Below, piece by piece: positions 47,079-57,184 of a stretch of DNA of 64,000 bases (its first letter is position 1; the number at the start of each line of letters is the position of its first letter). Location: the NCBI GenBank assembly GCA_038207335.1, contig JBBQZX010000022.1, positions 31,109 to 95,108 on the forward strand, read 5' to 3'. This DNA is from Chthoniobacterales bacterium. GTDB lineage: Bacteria > Verrucomicrobiota > Verrucomicrobiia > Chthoniobacterales > Chthoniobacteraceae. A program made the position numbers and the translations under genes. The notes under the pieces are model-generated. The model was not told the origin of the DNA. It made no database searches and worked only from the letters and a program-made list of their open reading frames with translations.

Positions 47079-47666
47079 CTAAGGCTCGGTCACGATGAAC
47101 TCGCCGCCTCCGTAGTGCCAGGTGCCTGAGCCGACAGGGATGTCTTTGGTGATCAAAAGCATGAGATTTTCGCCCGCATAGGTGGTTGGCACGTTGATCT
47201 TCACGGTGCCCACATTTCCGGTGGAGAGCGTCACAAGTTTGAATTTCGCGGTGGTTCCGGGGAAAACGGGAAGAGGGTTGGTCGGATCCCAACCGATATT
47301 TGCGTACCCGCCAATATCGCTGATCGGCGCCCTAAAGACGCGGACTTTCGCGGTGATAGAGGTGACCCCGTCCGGAAAAGTCGGAGCCGGGAACTCAAAA
47401 TCTCGATCTTCTCCTGTTGGAATCACGGACTGAATTCGCGCTTTTTTCGATTTCGCGAGCGCAGATGAAGTGGGAGACGCCGCAGCTTTTACAATGATGG
47501 GGACGTAGCCTTCAAGGGCCTGCGCGTTAGCGCTTCCGCCGACGCGGGCTGGTTTCCCCAGAGCGGAGGCCGATCCTTGCTTCTGAGTTGCGCAACCTTG
47601 TGTTACAAGGGCGATCGCAGAAATTGCCGCTGACATGCCGATCAGGGGGAGCCAATTTTTGTTCAT
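47079..47666 (-). CDS. Hypothetical lipoprotein
   Basis: MNKNWLPLIGMSAAISAIALVTQG-C lipobox-like signal and a beta-rich C-terminal domain. An alternative TTG start at 47714 overlaps the upstream stop. Confidence 0.7.
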   Translation of the reverse strand: MNKNWLPLIGMSAAISAIALVTQGCATQKQGSASALGKPARVGGSANAQALEGYVPIIVKAAASPTSSALAKSKKARIQSVIPTGEDRDFEFPAPTFPDGVTSITAKVRVFRAPISDIGGYANIGWDPTNPLPVFPGTTAKFKLVTLSTGNVGTVKINVPTTYAGENLMLLITKDIPVGSGTWHYGGGEFIVTEP

Positions 47667-47710
47667 AGATTTTTTGGGTGTGCGGGGTGTATTGAGGCTT
47701 TTCGCCGGGG

Positions 47711-50434
47711 TCAATAGTTTATTTTGCTTAAGCTTTCCTCCGACCCGAATGTCGCGTCCAAAAGCTCGGAAGCTTGCCGGAGGGTTTGGTCGACCTCAGC
47801 ATCGGAAAGCGAGGCGTGGAGCGTCGCCCACGCCGTTTCATTGGTCGCGGCATCCGTTTCATTAAGGAAGGTGTCGTAGCGCTCACGAGCGATCCGACTT
47901 GCTGCCAGAAAGCGGGCGGCATCCTTCATTCGCCCCTCCTTCGTCGCGAGTGCCGCCTGTGTGCTCAATGCCGACGCCGCGTTCCCGCGATCCTTTAGCC
48001 GGCATCGAATGGCGAAGCTCTCCTGTAGCGCTGGCCGAGCCTTCGCTACGTCGTCTTGCCTGAGCCATGCGTGGCCGACGTTATAGAGTGCAGTCGCGAC
48101 CGCAAAATGGTCCCCGGCTTGGCGCGCGACTTTCACGGATTCCGCGAGAGTCTCGTGGGCTGAAGCGAGGTCATTTTGGTGGAGCGCGATGGCACCCAGA
48201 TTGCAGAGTGCCTGAGAAAATTGCGCGCTGTGTTTCGCCTGCTCGGCGTGCGGCAGCGCCCGATACATCGCGACACTTTCCGCGCCGAGATGCCGCGCCG
48301 CATCCGCGTCTCCGGTCGCATTCGCGACGATCGCGATATTGCTGAGAATCCCGGCGACATTCTCGAAAATGCCATGTTGACGGAAGTAGTGCAGCGCCTC
48401 TTCGAAATCGCCGCGTGCGGCGACAAGATCGCCGCTCGTCCAGCGGAGAATCCCCGCTGAATTTGCTGCCGCCGCCAGCGAGCGCTCGGTCGCACCGATC
48501 ACGTCCGCCCTTAGCTTGTTGAGCCAGAGTCGGCCTTCGGACCGGTAGCCCCGAATCATCCAAAATCTCACAAGGAGCGCCGCGAGTTCGAGCGTGGCGG
48601 GAGCGCTGGAAAAGCGGGTGAGCGCCGCGCGGAAATTGTCATGCTCGGCCTCGAGCCGCGCGAGGCAGTCTTCCTGTCCGTCCTTCTGCAATTCGACTTC
48701 GGAAGCTTGTGCCACGCAGAGAAAATGCTCCCGGTGCCGGGCTGCAACGCTTGCAGCGTCGGCGCTCGCCTCCAGTCGCTCCTCCGCGTATTGGCGCAGG
48801 GTCTCCAGCATTCGGAAACGCATGACCCCATTGACCTCGTCGGCGATGAGGAGGGACGCACCACGCAGTTCGCCCAAGGCCCGGAGCGCATTGCTCGAGA
48901 CGCCCACCAAGCCGGGCGGCGCGGCGATGGCCTCCGCAGCCTCCGCATCGCAGCCGCCGCGAAAAATGGAGAGATTCGCGAAAAATGCCCGGAGCGCGGG
49001 CGGTAGAAAATCGTAGCTCCAGTCGATCGCGGCGCGCAGCGTCCGATGCCGCGATGGTGCCGACTTCACATCGTTCGAGAAAAAATCGAGCCGCTGGTTC
49101 AGCGCCTTCACCGCTTCCTGTGGAGTGACGACCGATGCCTTTGCGGCGGCAAGTTCGATCGCCAGCGGGATCCCTTCGAGCCGCGCGCACAGCTCCGCGA
49201 CCGCGGGCGCATTTTTCACCGTGATGCAGAAATCCGAGCGCACCGCCTGTGCGCGATCGAGGTAAAGCTGCACGCTTTCGAATTCCAATAGCTGCTCCAC
49301 AGGCTCGCCGCCTCGAGGAGCGCTGAGCGTCGGGACGGAAATCTCCCGCTCCCCTGGCAGTCGAAGCCTTTCGCGCGAGGTGATCACGCATCTCAGCAGT
49401 GGTAAACGGGCAGTCAGCGTTTGGATGAACTCAGCACCCTCCTGCCCGAGTTGCTCAAAGTTGTCGAAAATGATGACGGCGGGCTCGGGCTTGAGAAATG
49501 TGCAGACCTGCTCAAATGCGTCCGCCGTCGCCTCCGGTTTGATCCGCATCGCATCGCGCATCGTGGTGCCGATCATGGTGGGATCGTGCACATCATCCAG
49601 TGCGACGAACCAGACGGCGTGCGAGAATTGCGTCAGAACGCTCTCACCGACCGCGATGGAAAGCCGCGTCTTGCCGGTGCCGCCGGGCCCCGTCAGCGTG
49701 GTGAGCGAGCCGGAGCGTAGGGCTCCCGACGAGGGATCCGACGGATGCGAAATTAGCATCTCGCGCACGGTGGCGATCTCTTTGACCCGGCCAAAAAATC
49801 GGGTCCGCGACGGCGGAAGATTGTGCACGAAAGCCGGGGCGGCACTTAGTGGTGGGAATTCCCGGCATGGCATGCCGGGCCAGCAGACTTGAAAAAGCCG
49901 CTCGGGTGCCGGGATATTTCTGAGCCGAAAAACTCCGATCTCGGTGAACTCGACATCCGCGCGCTGAGTCGTCGCCACCGATGTCGAGCAGACCACCTGT
50001 CCGCCGTGCGCCGCTGCGAGGATTCGCGCGTTCCGATTCAGCGTGATGCCGCGATATTCCCCGCTGGCGAGCAGCTCGACCTCGCCTCGATGCAGCGAGA
50101 TTCGCACTCGGATCGGCCCGACGCTCGAAGGCCATTCCGCCTCGGCGATCTTGTGTTGGAGAGCCTTCGCGAAGCGAAGCGCGGGGATGGACTCCATGAA
50201 GGCGAATAGAAATCCGTCGCCAGCCTCGCTCAATCGCTGGCCGCCGAAACTCTCATTCTCGCGGATCAACATCGCGTTGTGCTGATCCATCACGACGCGC
50301 ATCGCATCGGGAAAGTGACTCCACTTCGATGTGGAGCCTTCGATGTCCGTGGCGACGAATGTTCGGATGCATTTCGGAACCGCCGATGAGCCCGTCCGAA
50401 GCGGAGTGAAGATCGAATCGAGCGGAATATCCAT
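47711..50434 (-). CDS. Class III adenylate/guanylate cyclase domain - STAND ATPase - TPR protein
   Basis: TDIEGST, AGDG, RISLHRG and NRNARI (cyclase), then GPGGTGKT, IIFDNFE, TSR, GIPLAIELAA and FRMLETLR (STAND), then TPR-like helices. Confidence 0.9.
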   Translation of the reverse strand: MDIPLDSIFTPLRTGSSAVPKCIRTFVATDIEGSTSKWSHFPDAMRVVMDQHNAMLIRENESFGGQRLSEAGDGFLFAFMESIPALRFAKALQHKIAEAEWPSSVGPIRVRISLHRGEVELLASGEYRGITLNRNARILAAAHGGQVVCSTSVATTQRADVEFTEIGVFRLRNIPAPERLFQVCWPGMPCREFPPLSAAPAFVHNLPPSRTRFFGRVKEIATVREMLISHPSDPSSGALRSGSLTTLTGPGGTGKTRLSIAVGESVLTQFSHAVWFVALDDVHDPTMIGTTMRDAMRIKPEATADAFEQVCTFLKPEPAVIIFDNFEQLGQEGAEFIQTLTARLPLLRCVITSRERLRLPGEREISVPTLSAPRGGEPVEQLLEFESVQLYLDRAQAVRSDFCITVKNAPAVAELCARLEGIPLAIELAAAKASVVTPQEAVKALNQRLDFFSNDVKSAPSRHRTLRAAIDWSYDFLPPALRAFFANLSIFRGGCDAEAAEAIAAPPGLVGVSSNALRALGELRGASLLIADEVNGVMRFRMLETLRQYAEERLEASADAASVAARHREHFLCVAQASEVELQKDGQEDCLARLEAEHDNFRAALTRFSSAPATLELAALLVRFWMIRGYRSEGRLWLNKLRADVIGATERSLAAAANSAGILRWTSGDLVAARGDFEEALHYFRQHGIFENVAGILSNIAIVANATGDADAARHLGAESVAMYRALPHAEQAKHSAQFSQALCNLGAIALHQNDLASAHETLAESVKVARQAGDHFAVATALYNVGHAWLRQDDVAKARPALQESFAIRCRLKDRGNAASALSTQAALATKEGRMKDAARFLAASRIARERYDTFLNETDAATNETAWATLHASLSDAEVDQTLRQASELLDATFGSEESLSKINY

Positions 50435-50505
50435 GGAGGCCGTTTTCGCTTTTATCGCATCGAATCCGATCGGTGAAGCTCGGTGTTCAGAACATCACGC
50501 CATTC

Positions 50506-52548
50506 TCATCCCGGCGTCTTCTCAAACGCCGCGAACATCGCCGCAAACCGGTCCTTCACCGACACTTCCTCAACCGGCGCATTCAAAATCTGAGTCACGT
50601 CGCGATGCTCGACCAGCTCCGGCGGAAATTCCTTGATGAAGGAGCTCGGCGTGCACGGCATAGCGCTTCCGTATTTGACCCGATTCCGGCACCACGTCAG
50701 CGCCAGTGTCCGCATCGCGCGCGTGATCCCGACGTAGAGTAGGCGTCGCTCTTCATCGACAGTCCCCTCCATCTTCGAGCGGTCGTGCGGCAGCAGCCCC
50801 TCCTCAAGCCCGATCAAATAGACATGCGGAAACTCGAGCCCTTTCGCCGCGTGCAGCGTGATGAGCGTCACCCCCTGTCCGCCCTCCTTTTCGTCGTCCT
50901 TGTCCTTCTCCTCCCGCAGCATCATGTCGTCCAAAAACCCGCGCAGCCCCTTTGCGTGCCGGCCCTCGTCTTCCTCGAACCAGCGAATCATTTCATTCAC
51001 CTTGTGCTCGCGCTTCAATCCCTCGTCGGGCGTCTTGCACGTCCGCTTCAAATCCTCCAGATAGCCCGTTGCCAAAATGAACGCACGTAAGACGACTGCT
51101 TGATTCGCGAGCGGTTCGTGCAGCTTCGTCTCCCATTCGTCGAGGAGTGAAACGAACGCGTCGATCGCGCCGCACGCGCGCTTGGAAATGCCCTCGCGGA
51201 ACTCCGCATCCCGCAGCGCCGCGAAGACGCTACACCGCTTGAGCACGCTGTGCTCCGTCGCCCGCTCGACCACCGTGTCGCCGATCCCGCGCGCCGGCGT
51301 ATTGATGATTCGCAGCAGCGAAACATCGTCGTCCGTGTTCAACAAACAGCTCGCGTATGCCAGGAAATCCTTGATCTCTCGCGCGTCGAAAAGACTGCTC
51401 CCGCCGACCACACGGTAAGGCACATGCAGCGTTCGCAGGTTTTGCTCGAGCAGCCGCGACTGCGCGTTCATGCGAAAAAGCACGGCGAAATCGTCGTGCT
51501 TCACACCCTCCATCACCGTGCGGCTGACAATCTCGTTCGCGATGAATTCCGCCTCCTGCCGGTCGTCAGGCATCTGGATCACGCGCACTTTCTCGCCGCC
51601 CTCCGTTGCGCTCCAGAGCTGCTTCGGGCGGCGGCGCGGGTTGTTTTTGATCACCGCATTCGAGACGCCGAGGATCGCATTCGTGGAGCGGTAATTCTGC
51701 TCCAGTTTCACGACCGTCGGTCCTGGAAAGTGCGTCTCGAATTCGAGGATGTTCGACACCTCCGCTCCGCGCCAGCCGTAGATCGATTGGTCGTCATCGC
51801 CGACAACGCAAACATTCGGCCGCGCGTCTTCTCCTGTCTTCAAATCCGCCGGCGATTTCGCCAGCAGCGACACCAAATCGAGTTGCAGCCGGTTTGTGTC
51901 CTGAAACTCATCCACCATCAAATACCGGAACCGCGAGTGCCACCGCTCGCGCACTTCTGGATATTCGTTCAACAGCTTTACCGCCAGTAAAAGCAAGTCG
52001 TCGAAATCGACCGCGTTTAGCGTTTTCAATTCCGCCTGATACCTCGCAAACACTGCGCCAATCAGGGTTTCCTCCGTTTCCGGCGCGCTCCATCCGTTGT
52101 TTTTCGCCTTTGAAATCAGGCTCTTCGCGAGCCCCGCTTCCAGCTTTTCATCCTTCGCTGCGGTGCGCGTAATGATCTTTTTAATCAGCCCCGTCGTGTC
52201 TCCCTCATCGTAAATCGAGAAGTTTTTTTTGTATCCGAGTCGCCCGATGTCCTGGCGCAGGATGCGCACGCAGAGAGCGTGGAATGTGGACATCGTCACC
52301 TTCTTCGCCTGCTCTTTTTCCACGATTTTCTCCAACCGCTCGCGCATCTCCTTCGCCGCTTTATTCGTGAAAGTGACCGCCAAAATGTGCGCTGGATCGA
52401 CCCCTTCCGCGATGAGAAATGCGACCCGCGCCGTAATGACGCGCGTCTTGCCAGTGCCCGCCCCTGCAAGGATCAGAAGCGGTCCCTCCGTCGCGCGAAC
52501 GGCTTCGGCTTGCGCTGGGTTGAGATCGAAAAGTCGGAAGCCGGACAT
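50506..52548 (-). CDS. UvrD/Rep/PcrA family SF1A DNA helicase
   Basis: AGAGTGKT, TFTNKAA, VDEFQD, GDDDQSIYGWRGA, QNYRST, TLHAAKGLEF and EERRLLYVGITRA. Confidence 0.96.
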   Translation of the reverse strand: MSGFRLFDLNPAQAEAVRATEGPLLILAGAGTGKTRVITARVAFLIAEGVDPAHILAVTFTNKAAKEMRERLEKIVEKEQAKKVTMSTFHALCVRILRQDIGRLGYKKNFSIYDEGDTTGLIKKIITRTAAKDEKLEAGLAKSLISKAKNNGWSAPETEETLIGAVFARYQAELKTLNAVDFDDLLLLAVKLLNEYPEVRERWHSRFRYLMVDEFQDTNRLQLDLVSLLAKSPADLKTGEDARPNVCVVGDDDQSIYGWRGAEVSNILEFETHFPGPTVVKLEQNYRSTNAILGVSNAVIKNNPRRRPKQLWSATEGGEKVRVIQMPDDRQEAEFIANEIVSRTVMEGVKHDDFAVLFRMNAQSRLLEQNLRTLHVPYRVVGGSSLFDAREIKDFLAYASCLLNTDDDVSLLRIINTPARGIGDTVVERATEHSVLKRCSVFAALRDAEFREGISKRACGAIDAFVSLLDEWETKLHEPLANQAVVLRAFILATGYLEDLKRTCKTPDEGLKREHKVNEMIRWFEEDEGRHAKGLRGFLDDMMLREEKDKDDEKEGGQGVTLITLHAAKGLEFPHVYLIGLEEGLLPHDRSKMEGTVDEERRLLYVGITRAMRTLALTWCRNRVKYGSAMPCTPSSFIKEFPPELVEHRDVTQILNAPVEEVSVKDRFAAMFAAFEKTPG

Positions 52549-52687
52549 CGGGCGCGAGAGCAAAGCAGGCGCGCCTTTTTTCGCAAACGAAAGCGCGTGC
52601 AAATGCCGCTGAACGCGTGCGCATTTTTTCTCGCGCGGCTCTGAACGCTTTCTCGCGCCCGCCTGTCGGACAAGTTTCCTTCGACTC

Positions 52688-53557
52688 ATGCGAAACATTG
52701 TCCTTTTTCTCGCGCTCGCGCTTTTCACTGCGGACGTAGGCGCCGAGCTGCCGTTCGACACGGTTTTCAAGGGCCGCTCGAAATTCGACCAACTCGTCGG
52801 GCAGGCCGATGCGTGGAGATCTTTGCCCATCGGCGAGCGCACTGCGGCGGTCGGCCGCGCGCTCGTCGGTACGCCCTACAAAGGCTCCACGCTCGAGATT
52901 GACGACCGCGTCGAGGCGCCGTCCGTGAACCTCCTCGGTCTCGACTGCTGGACCTTTTTTGAGAGCGCGCTCGCATTCGCCCGAATGCTCGACGAGCCGC
53001 GCGAGAACTGGACGCCGGAGGCGATGCTCAAATACATCGAGCGCGACCGCTACCGTGGCGGAGAGTGCGATGGTAGCTACCTCTCACGCCTGCACTACCT
53101 CGAGGATTGGCTCGGCGACAACTCACGCCGCGGCCTCGTCGAAGACCTCACGCGCTCGCTCGGTGGCGTCCGTGTTGGGCACGCGACGGGCGAGATGACG
53201 ATCAACTGGCGCGGATACCGATATCTCCGCGCGAATCCCGATTTGCGCGGCGGAATCCGCGCGATGGAGAGCCGCGTCGGCGGCACGGCGATGTATCACA
53301 TTCCCAAAAAAAGCGTCGCCGCGATCGAGGGCAGGCTGCTCGCGGGCGACATCATCGGCATTACGACGCGCGACCCTGGCGGCTACGGTACCTCGCACGT
53401 CGGCCTCGCCTATCGCAGCGGCGACGGCGTGCTTCATTTTATGCATGCGTCCGCCCCGCGAAACTACGGCAAAGTCGTCGTCGATTCGCGCCTCAGTGAT
53501 TACCTCGCGCGCTTCGGCACTATCGCCGGAATCATCGTCGCGCGCCCGCTGAAGTGA
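52688..53557 (+). CDS. DUF1460 NlpC/P60-like N-acetylmuramoyl-L-alanine amidase
   Basis: GTPY, LDCWTFFE, SRLHY, GDIIGI, SHVG and HAS. Confidence 0.88.
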   Translation: MRNIVLFLALALFTADVGAELPFDTVFKGRSKFDQLVGQADAWRSLPIGERTAAVGRALVGTPYKGSTLEIDDRVEAPSVNLLGLDCWTFFESALAFARMLDEPRENWTPEAMLKYIERDRYRGGECDGSYLSRLHYLEDWLGDNSRRGLVEDLTRSLGGVRVGHATGEMTINWRGYRYLRANPDLRGGIRAMESRVGGTAMYHIPKKSVAAIEGRLLAGDIIGITTRDPGGYGTSHVGLAYRSGDGVLHFMHASAPRNYGKVVVDSRLSDYLARFGTIAGIIVARPLK

Positions 53558-53589
53558 CCGCAGCGGGAGCGTGCGATTTTCGCGAAAAG

Positions 53590-54366
53590 CTACCCCTTCC
53601 GCCGACCGTAGAGCAGCGCGCCGAGTCCGCCGAGGCCAAGCGCCAATGTACCGAGCGTGCCGGGTTCCGGCACGACAGTGAATGACGTGCCATTATTTTT
53701 CGTGACTGTTGCGGCTCCCGCGGAAAGGGCGTAATCCGATGCGTTGTTCGTGCTCAGGGCATTCGCGGCACCGGAGAACAACAGCCCCTTCCGGGCTGCG
53801 GTGGGGAGCGCGCTTCCGAAAGGTGCGGGGTGTGTCAGGTTATCGCCAAAAAAACCGTCCGAGTCGTTCACTCCGCTGGCACCTGTATTCGTCCCGGTGT
53901 AGCTCGCGCCTCCCCACGCTACTGCCCAGTAAATAGTCCCCGGAGTGCTCACCGTGCCGCCGTCCGCTTCAAAAGTGATTTTACCTGCGGCTAGGTAGGC
54001 GGCTGGAATGGCGGTCGTGAGGAGGAAGTCGCCGGTGAATCCCGCAAATCCGCCAGCGATCATGGCGCTATTGAATGCAGCGGTCGTGAAAAGAATGCGG
54101 TCGCCCGTATTTCCGCTGGTCACATTGCCCGCGATGTTGAGGAGCAGCGTGCGGTTTCCGCCAGCGGCGTCGGAGGCCCACAGCGAGGCACTCGAAACCA
54201 CGGTTTGTCCGCCCGTTCTCAGCCGCAACTGGATCGCCTGTCGGCTCGAATCGCCATCGACGCCGCCGATGATCTGCTCGACTTGCATGACGTGAAAAGC
54301 GCCTCGCGCCTGGATCGAAAGCACCGTGAGGGTCAGGACCACGAGGGAGCCGATGTTGATACTCAT
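53590..54366 (-). CDS. PEP-CTERM surface protein
   Basis: Signal peptide and C-terminal VVPEPG + TM + GRRKG. Confidence 0.88.
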   Translation of the reverse strand: MSINIGSLVVLTLTVLSIQARGAFHVMQVEQIIGGVDGDSSRQAIQLRLRTGGQTVVSSASLWASDAAGGNRTLLLNIAGNVTSGNTGDRILFTTAAFNSAMIAGGFAGFTGDFLLTTAIPAAYLAAGKITFEADGGTVSTPGTIYWAVAWGGASYTGTNTGASGVNDSDGFFGDNLTHPAPFGSALPTAARKGLLFSGAANALSTNNASDYALSAGAATVTKNNGTSFTVVPEPGTLGTLALGLGGLGALLYGRRKG

Positions 54367-54484
54367 AAGGGGTATGGGCGGCAGTTTGCTCCGCGAGGTT
54401 TTGGATAACAACGCGTTTTTTCGATGGGAGCGTTCGCAGGCATCGCTGTCGCGTGGCGGTGAAAATCGTGTATGCCTCGCGCCG

Positions 54485-55588
54485 ATGAACCACCTCGCCG
54501 ATGCAAAGTGCGAGCGCGCGACTGCCTGGCTGCGCGCCGCGCTGCTGCTCGCGTCGGCCGCGATTCCGCTGAGTTTGCTTTGGGATTATTCGTGGGAATC
54601 CACCATCGGCATCGACCTCGTATGGTCGCCGCCGCACGTCACGAATGACCTCGGCGTCGCGCTCGCAGGCTGTGCCGCTACCGCGCTCTTGATGAGGGCC
54701 ACACGCGAGGGCACCAGCGGGGTTCGCATCGGGCGATGGGTCGGCCCGCTCGGCGCGTGGCTGGCCATCTGGGGCGCGTGCGCTTTCGGCACGTCGCTGC
54801 TTTTCGATCGCTGGTGGCAGTCGAGCTACGGAATGGCGGCAGGCATCTGGCATCCGCCGCAACTTCTGAAAGCCGCTGCTTTTTTTGCCGTAACGCTCGG
54901 CGCATGGTTTTGCTGCCGTGGCCGCTTAGCGTTCGCCGCGGCGGGCGGCGGCGTGCTCACGATGATCTCCGTGGTCACGCTTGCGTCGATTTTCCCGAAC
55001 CGCCAGCACGGCGCGCTGTTCTTCCAAGTCGCGTGCGCGACGTATCCGATCGTGCTCGTCGCGCTCGCCACAGCGGGCAGTTCCCGGCTTTCCGCGACTC
55101 TCGGCGCAGCCATTTATTTTATGCTGATCGGCGCGATGGTCTGGCTGCTGCCGCTCGTCCCCGCGGAGCCGCAGGTTGCGCCGATTTACAACCCTCGCGA
55201 CCACCTCCTGCCACCTCCGTTTCCGCTGCTCCTGATCGTGCCCGCATTCGCGCTGGATGCTTTGCTGAGGTTCTTTCCGGGGCGCACGCGCCGCTTTGAA
55301 AACTGGAGCCGCGCCGCCGAATCCGGCCTCACGTTCTTCTTCCTCATCCTCGTCACGCAATGGCTCTTCGCGCAGTTCCTCCTCATGCCAGCGTCCGACC
55401 ATTGGTTCTTCGCCGGGGGCGGAAAGCAGTGGCCATTTTTCCTCAAAATCCATCCCTCGGCGCGCACGGTATTCTGGAAAATTCCGGGCGAGGAATTGAC
55501 GCTCGCACGGAGCCTCGGCGCGGCGGCACTGGCGGTGCTCGCGGCTCGCGTCGGGCTTTGGCTCGGTGCCGCAATGAAGCGTATCTAG
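54485..55588 (+). CDS. Polytopic membrane protein with duplicated DxxW[E/Q]...PP[H/Q] motif
   Basis: Many TM segments, WDYSWESTIGIDLVWSPPH and FDRWWQSSYGMAAGIWHPPQ. Confidence 0.8.
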   Translation: MNHLADAKCERATAWLRAALLLASAAIPLSLLWDYSWESTIGIDLVWSPPHVTNDLGVALAGCAATALLMRATREGTSGVRIGRWVGPLGAWLAIWGACAFGTSLLFDRWWQSSYGMAAGIWHPPQLLKAAAFFAVTLGAWFCCRGRLAFAAAGGGVLTMISVVTLASIFPNRQHGALFFQVACATYPIVLVALATAGSSRLSATLGAAIYFMLIGAMVWLLPLVPAEPQVAPIYNPRDHLLPPPFPLLLIVPAFALDALLRFFPGRTRRFENWSRAAESGLTFFFLILVTQWLFAQFLLMPASDHWFFAGGGKQWPFFLKIHPSARTVFWKIPGEELTLARSLGAAALAVLAARVGLWLGAAMKRI

Positions 55589-55590
55589 CG

Positions 55591-57087
55591 ATGAAAACAG
55601 GCCTCCTCACGGCGCTCGTTTTTTTGCTCGGCGCGCTAGCCTCGCGGGCACACGTCGGCAGCCCCGATGTATTCTTCGAGGGCCGCGCAGGCACCATGCC
55701 AGTCCGTGTCGTGATCCGTCCGCCGGCCACGTTGCCCGGTCTCGCGCAGGTCGATGTACATGCCATCGGGGTGTCTGCAGTATTTGTCCAAGCCGCGTTT
55801 TGGGATGCGGGGAAGGACGCCGCTCCGGAGCCGCTCCGCGCGCTGCCTGTTGCTAATGGCGCGCTTTTTCACACCGCACTCTGGCTCCTCCGCAGCGGCT
55901 CCTACAGCATTCAAGTCACCGTCGAGAGCCCGCGCGGACGCGGCACCGTTGCCGTGCCGCTGAATTCCGCGGCGACCCAGCGCCCCGTCATGCCACCCGC
56001 GCTCGGAGCCACTCTCGCGGCTCTCGGCGGGCTGCTGTTTTTCAGCGCCGTCTGGCTGGCGCAGTCGGCTGCCCGCGCCGCCGGCGTGCGTGCCGGAAAG
56101 GTCGCGTGCATCACCACGCTCGTGATCGCGAGCGCCGTCGCTGCTGGCGCGATGCGGTGGCAGAAAATGGACCGCGACTTTCGCGAGAAAGCTCTCTCGA
56201 AGCCAATCCCTGTCGTTGCCAACATCCGCGCGTTCGCCACCCGATGGCTGCTTCATCTCACTCCACCTGAGGGCCAGTCCGCCGCCGCCGATTGGGATAC
56301 GCTCGTCGCGGATCACGGCAAGCTCATGCACCTTTTCCTCATCCGCGAACCCGACTTCGATACCTTCGCGCATCTCCATCCCGTCCGGCGTGATCCCGTC
56401 ACATTCGAGGCGATCCTGCCGCCGCTGCCCGCCGGCGCCTACCGACTCTACGGCGAGATCACGCACGACGACGGACTCAGCCAGACCCTCATGACCCGCG
56501 TCATTGTGCCCTCGTCGCTCGACCTCCGCCCCGCGCCGGTTTCACTCCGCGTGCCCACGCTCCGCGAACTGCTCTGCGGCCCCGGCACGCGGCTGCTCGG
56601 CGATGCCCCGCAGCCCTTCGCTCTCGATCCCGACGACTCTTGGCGCACCGGCGTGCCCGACATGGTGTCCCTGCGCGGCAGCCCGCTCGAAGACGGCGGC
56701 AGTATGTTGTTTTTGAAAGATGACGCCTTCGTGCAAAATCGCGAGACGACTCTGCGTTTCCGCGCCTTCGCGTCCACTGGCACGCCTGCCGCGATCCAGC
56801 CCTACATGGGGATGCGCGGCCACGTGGTCGTCCGCCGGACCGACGGCGCGGTCTTCACGCACCTCCATCCGGGCGGCACCATCTCGATGGCCGGTATGGA
56901 GGTCGTCGCGCTCCGCGAAGCGCTCCCAAACGCAGCCCCGCTCGAGGACCCCGCAATCCGCGGGAACGAAGTCAGTTTCCCCTACGCTTTTCCGCTCGCG
57001 GGCGACTACCGGCTTTGGGTGCAAATTCGCACGACAGAGCGTGTGCTCACCGGAGTGTTCGACGCGCATGTCGCGTCCTCTCGCTGA
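55591..57087 (+). CDS. Exported His-rich putative metal-binding membrane protein
   Basis: Signal peptide ending S-R-A then HVGSPD, two central TM helices, DHGKLMH, FAHLHP, MGMRGH and FTHLHP. Starts 2 nt after the upstream stop. Confidence 0.82.
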   Translation: MKTGLLTALVFLLGALASRAHVGSPDVFFEGRAGTMPVRVVIRPPATLPGLAQVDVHAIGVSAVFVQAAFWDAGKDAAPEPLRALPVANGALFHTALWLLRSGSYSIQVTVESPRGRGTVAVPLNSAATQRPVMPPALGATLAALGGLLFFSAVWLAQSAARAAGVRAGKVACITTLVIASAVAAGAMRWQKMDRDFREKALSKPIPVVANIRAFATRWLLHLTPPEGQSAAADWDTLVADHGKLMHLFLIREPDFDTFAHLHPVRRDPVTFEAILPPLPAGAYRLYGEITHDDGLSQTLMTRVIVPSSLDLRPAPVSLRVPTLRELLCGPGTRLLGDAPQPFALDPDDSWRTGVPDMVSLRGSPLEDGGSMLFLKDDAFVQNRETTLRFRAFASTGTPAAIQPYMGMRGHVVVRRTDGAVFTHLHPGGTISMAGMEVVALREALPNAAPLEDPAIRGNEVSFPYAFPLAGDYRLWVQIRTTERVLTGVFDAHVASSR

Positions 57088-57184
57088 CGGGAATCCGGGG
57101 AAAACTGGTGTCTCACTTTTGCCGATAATCCCACCGCGCGAATGCTCGCGCCGCACCGAGTAGATTCGCTAGAACGCTGACCGG

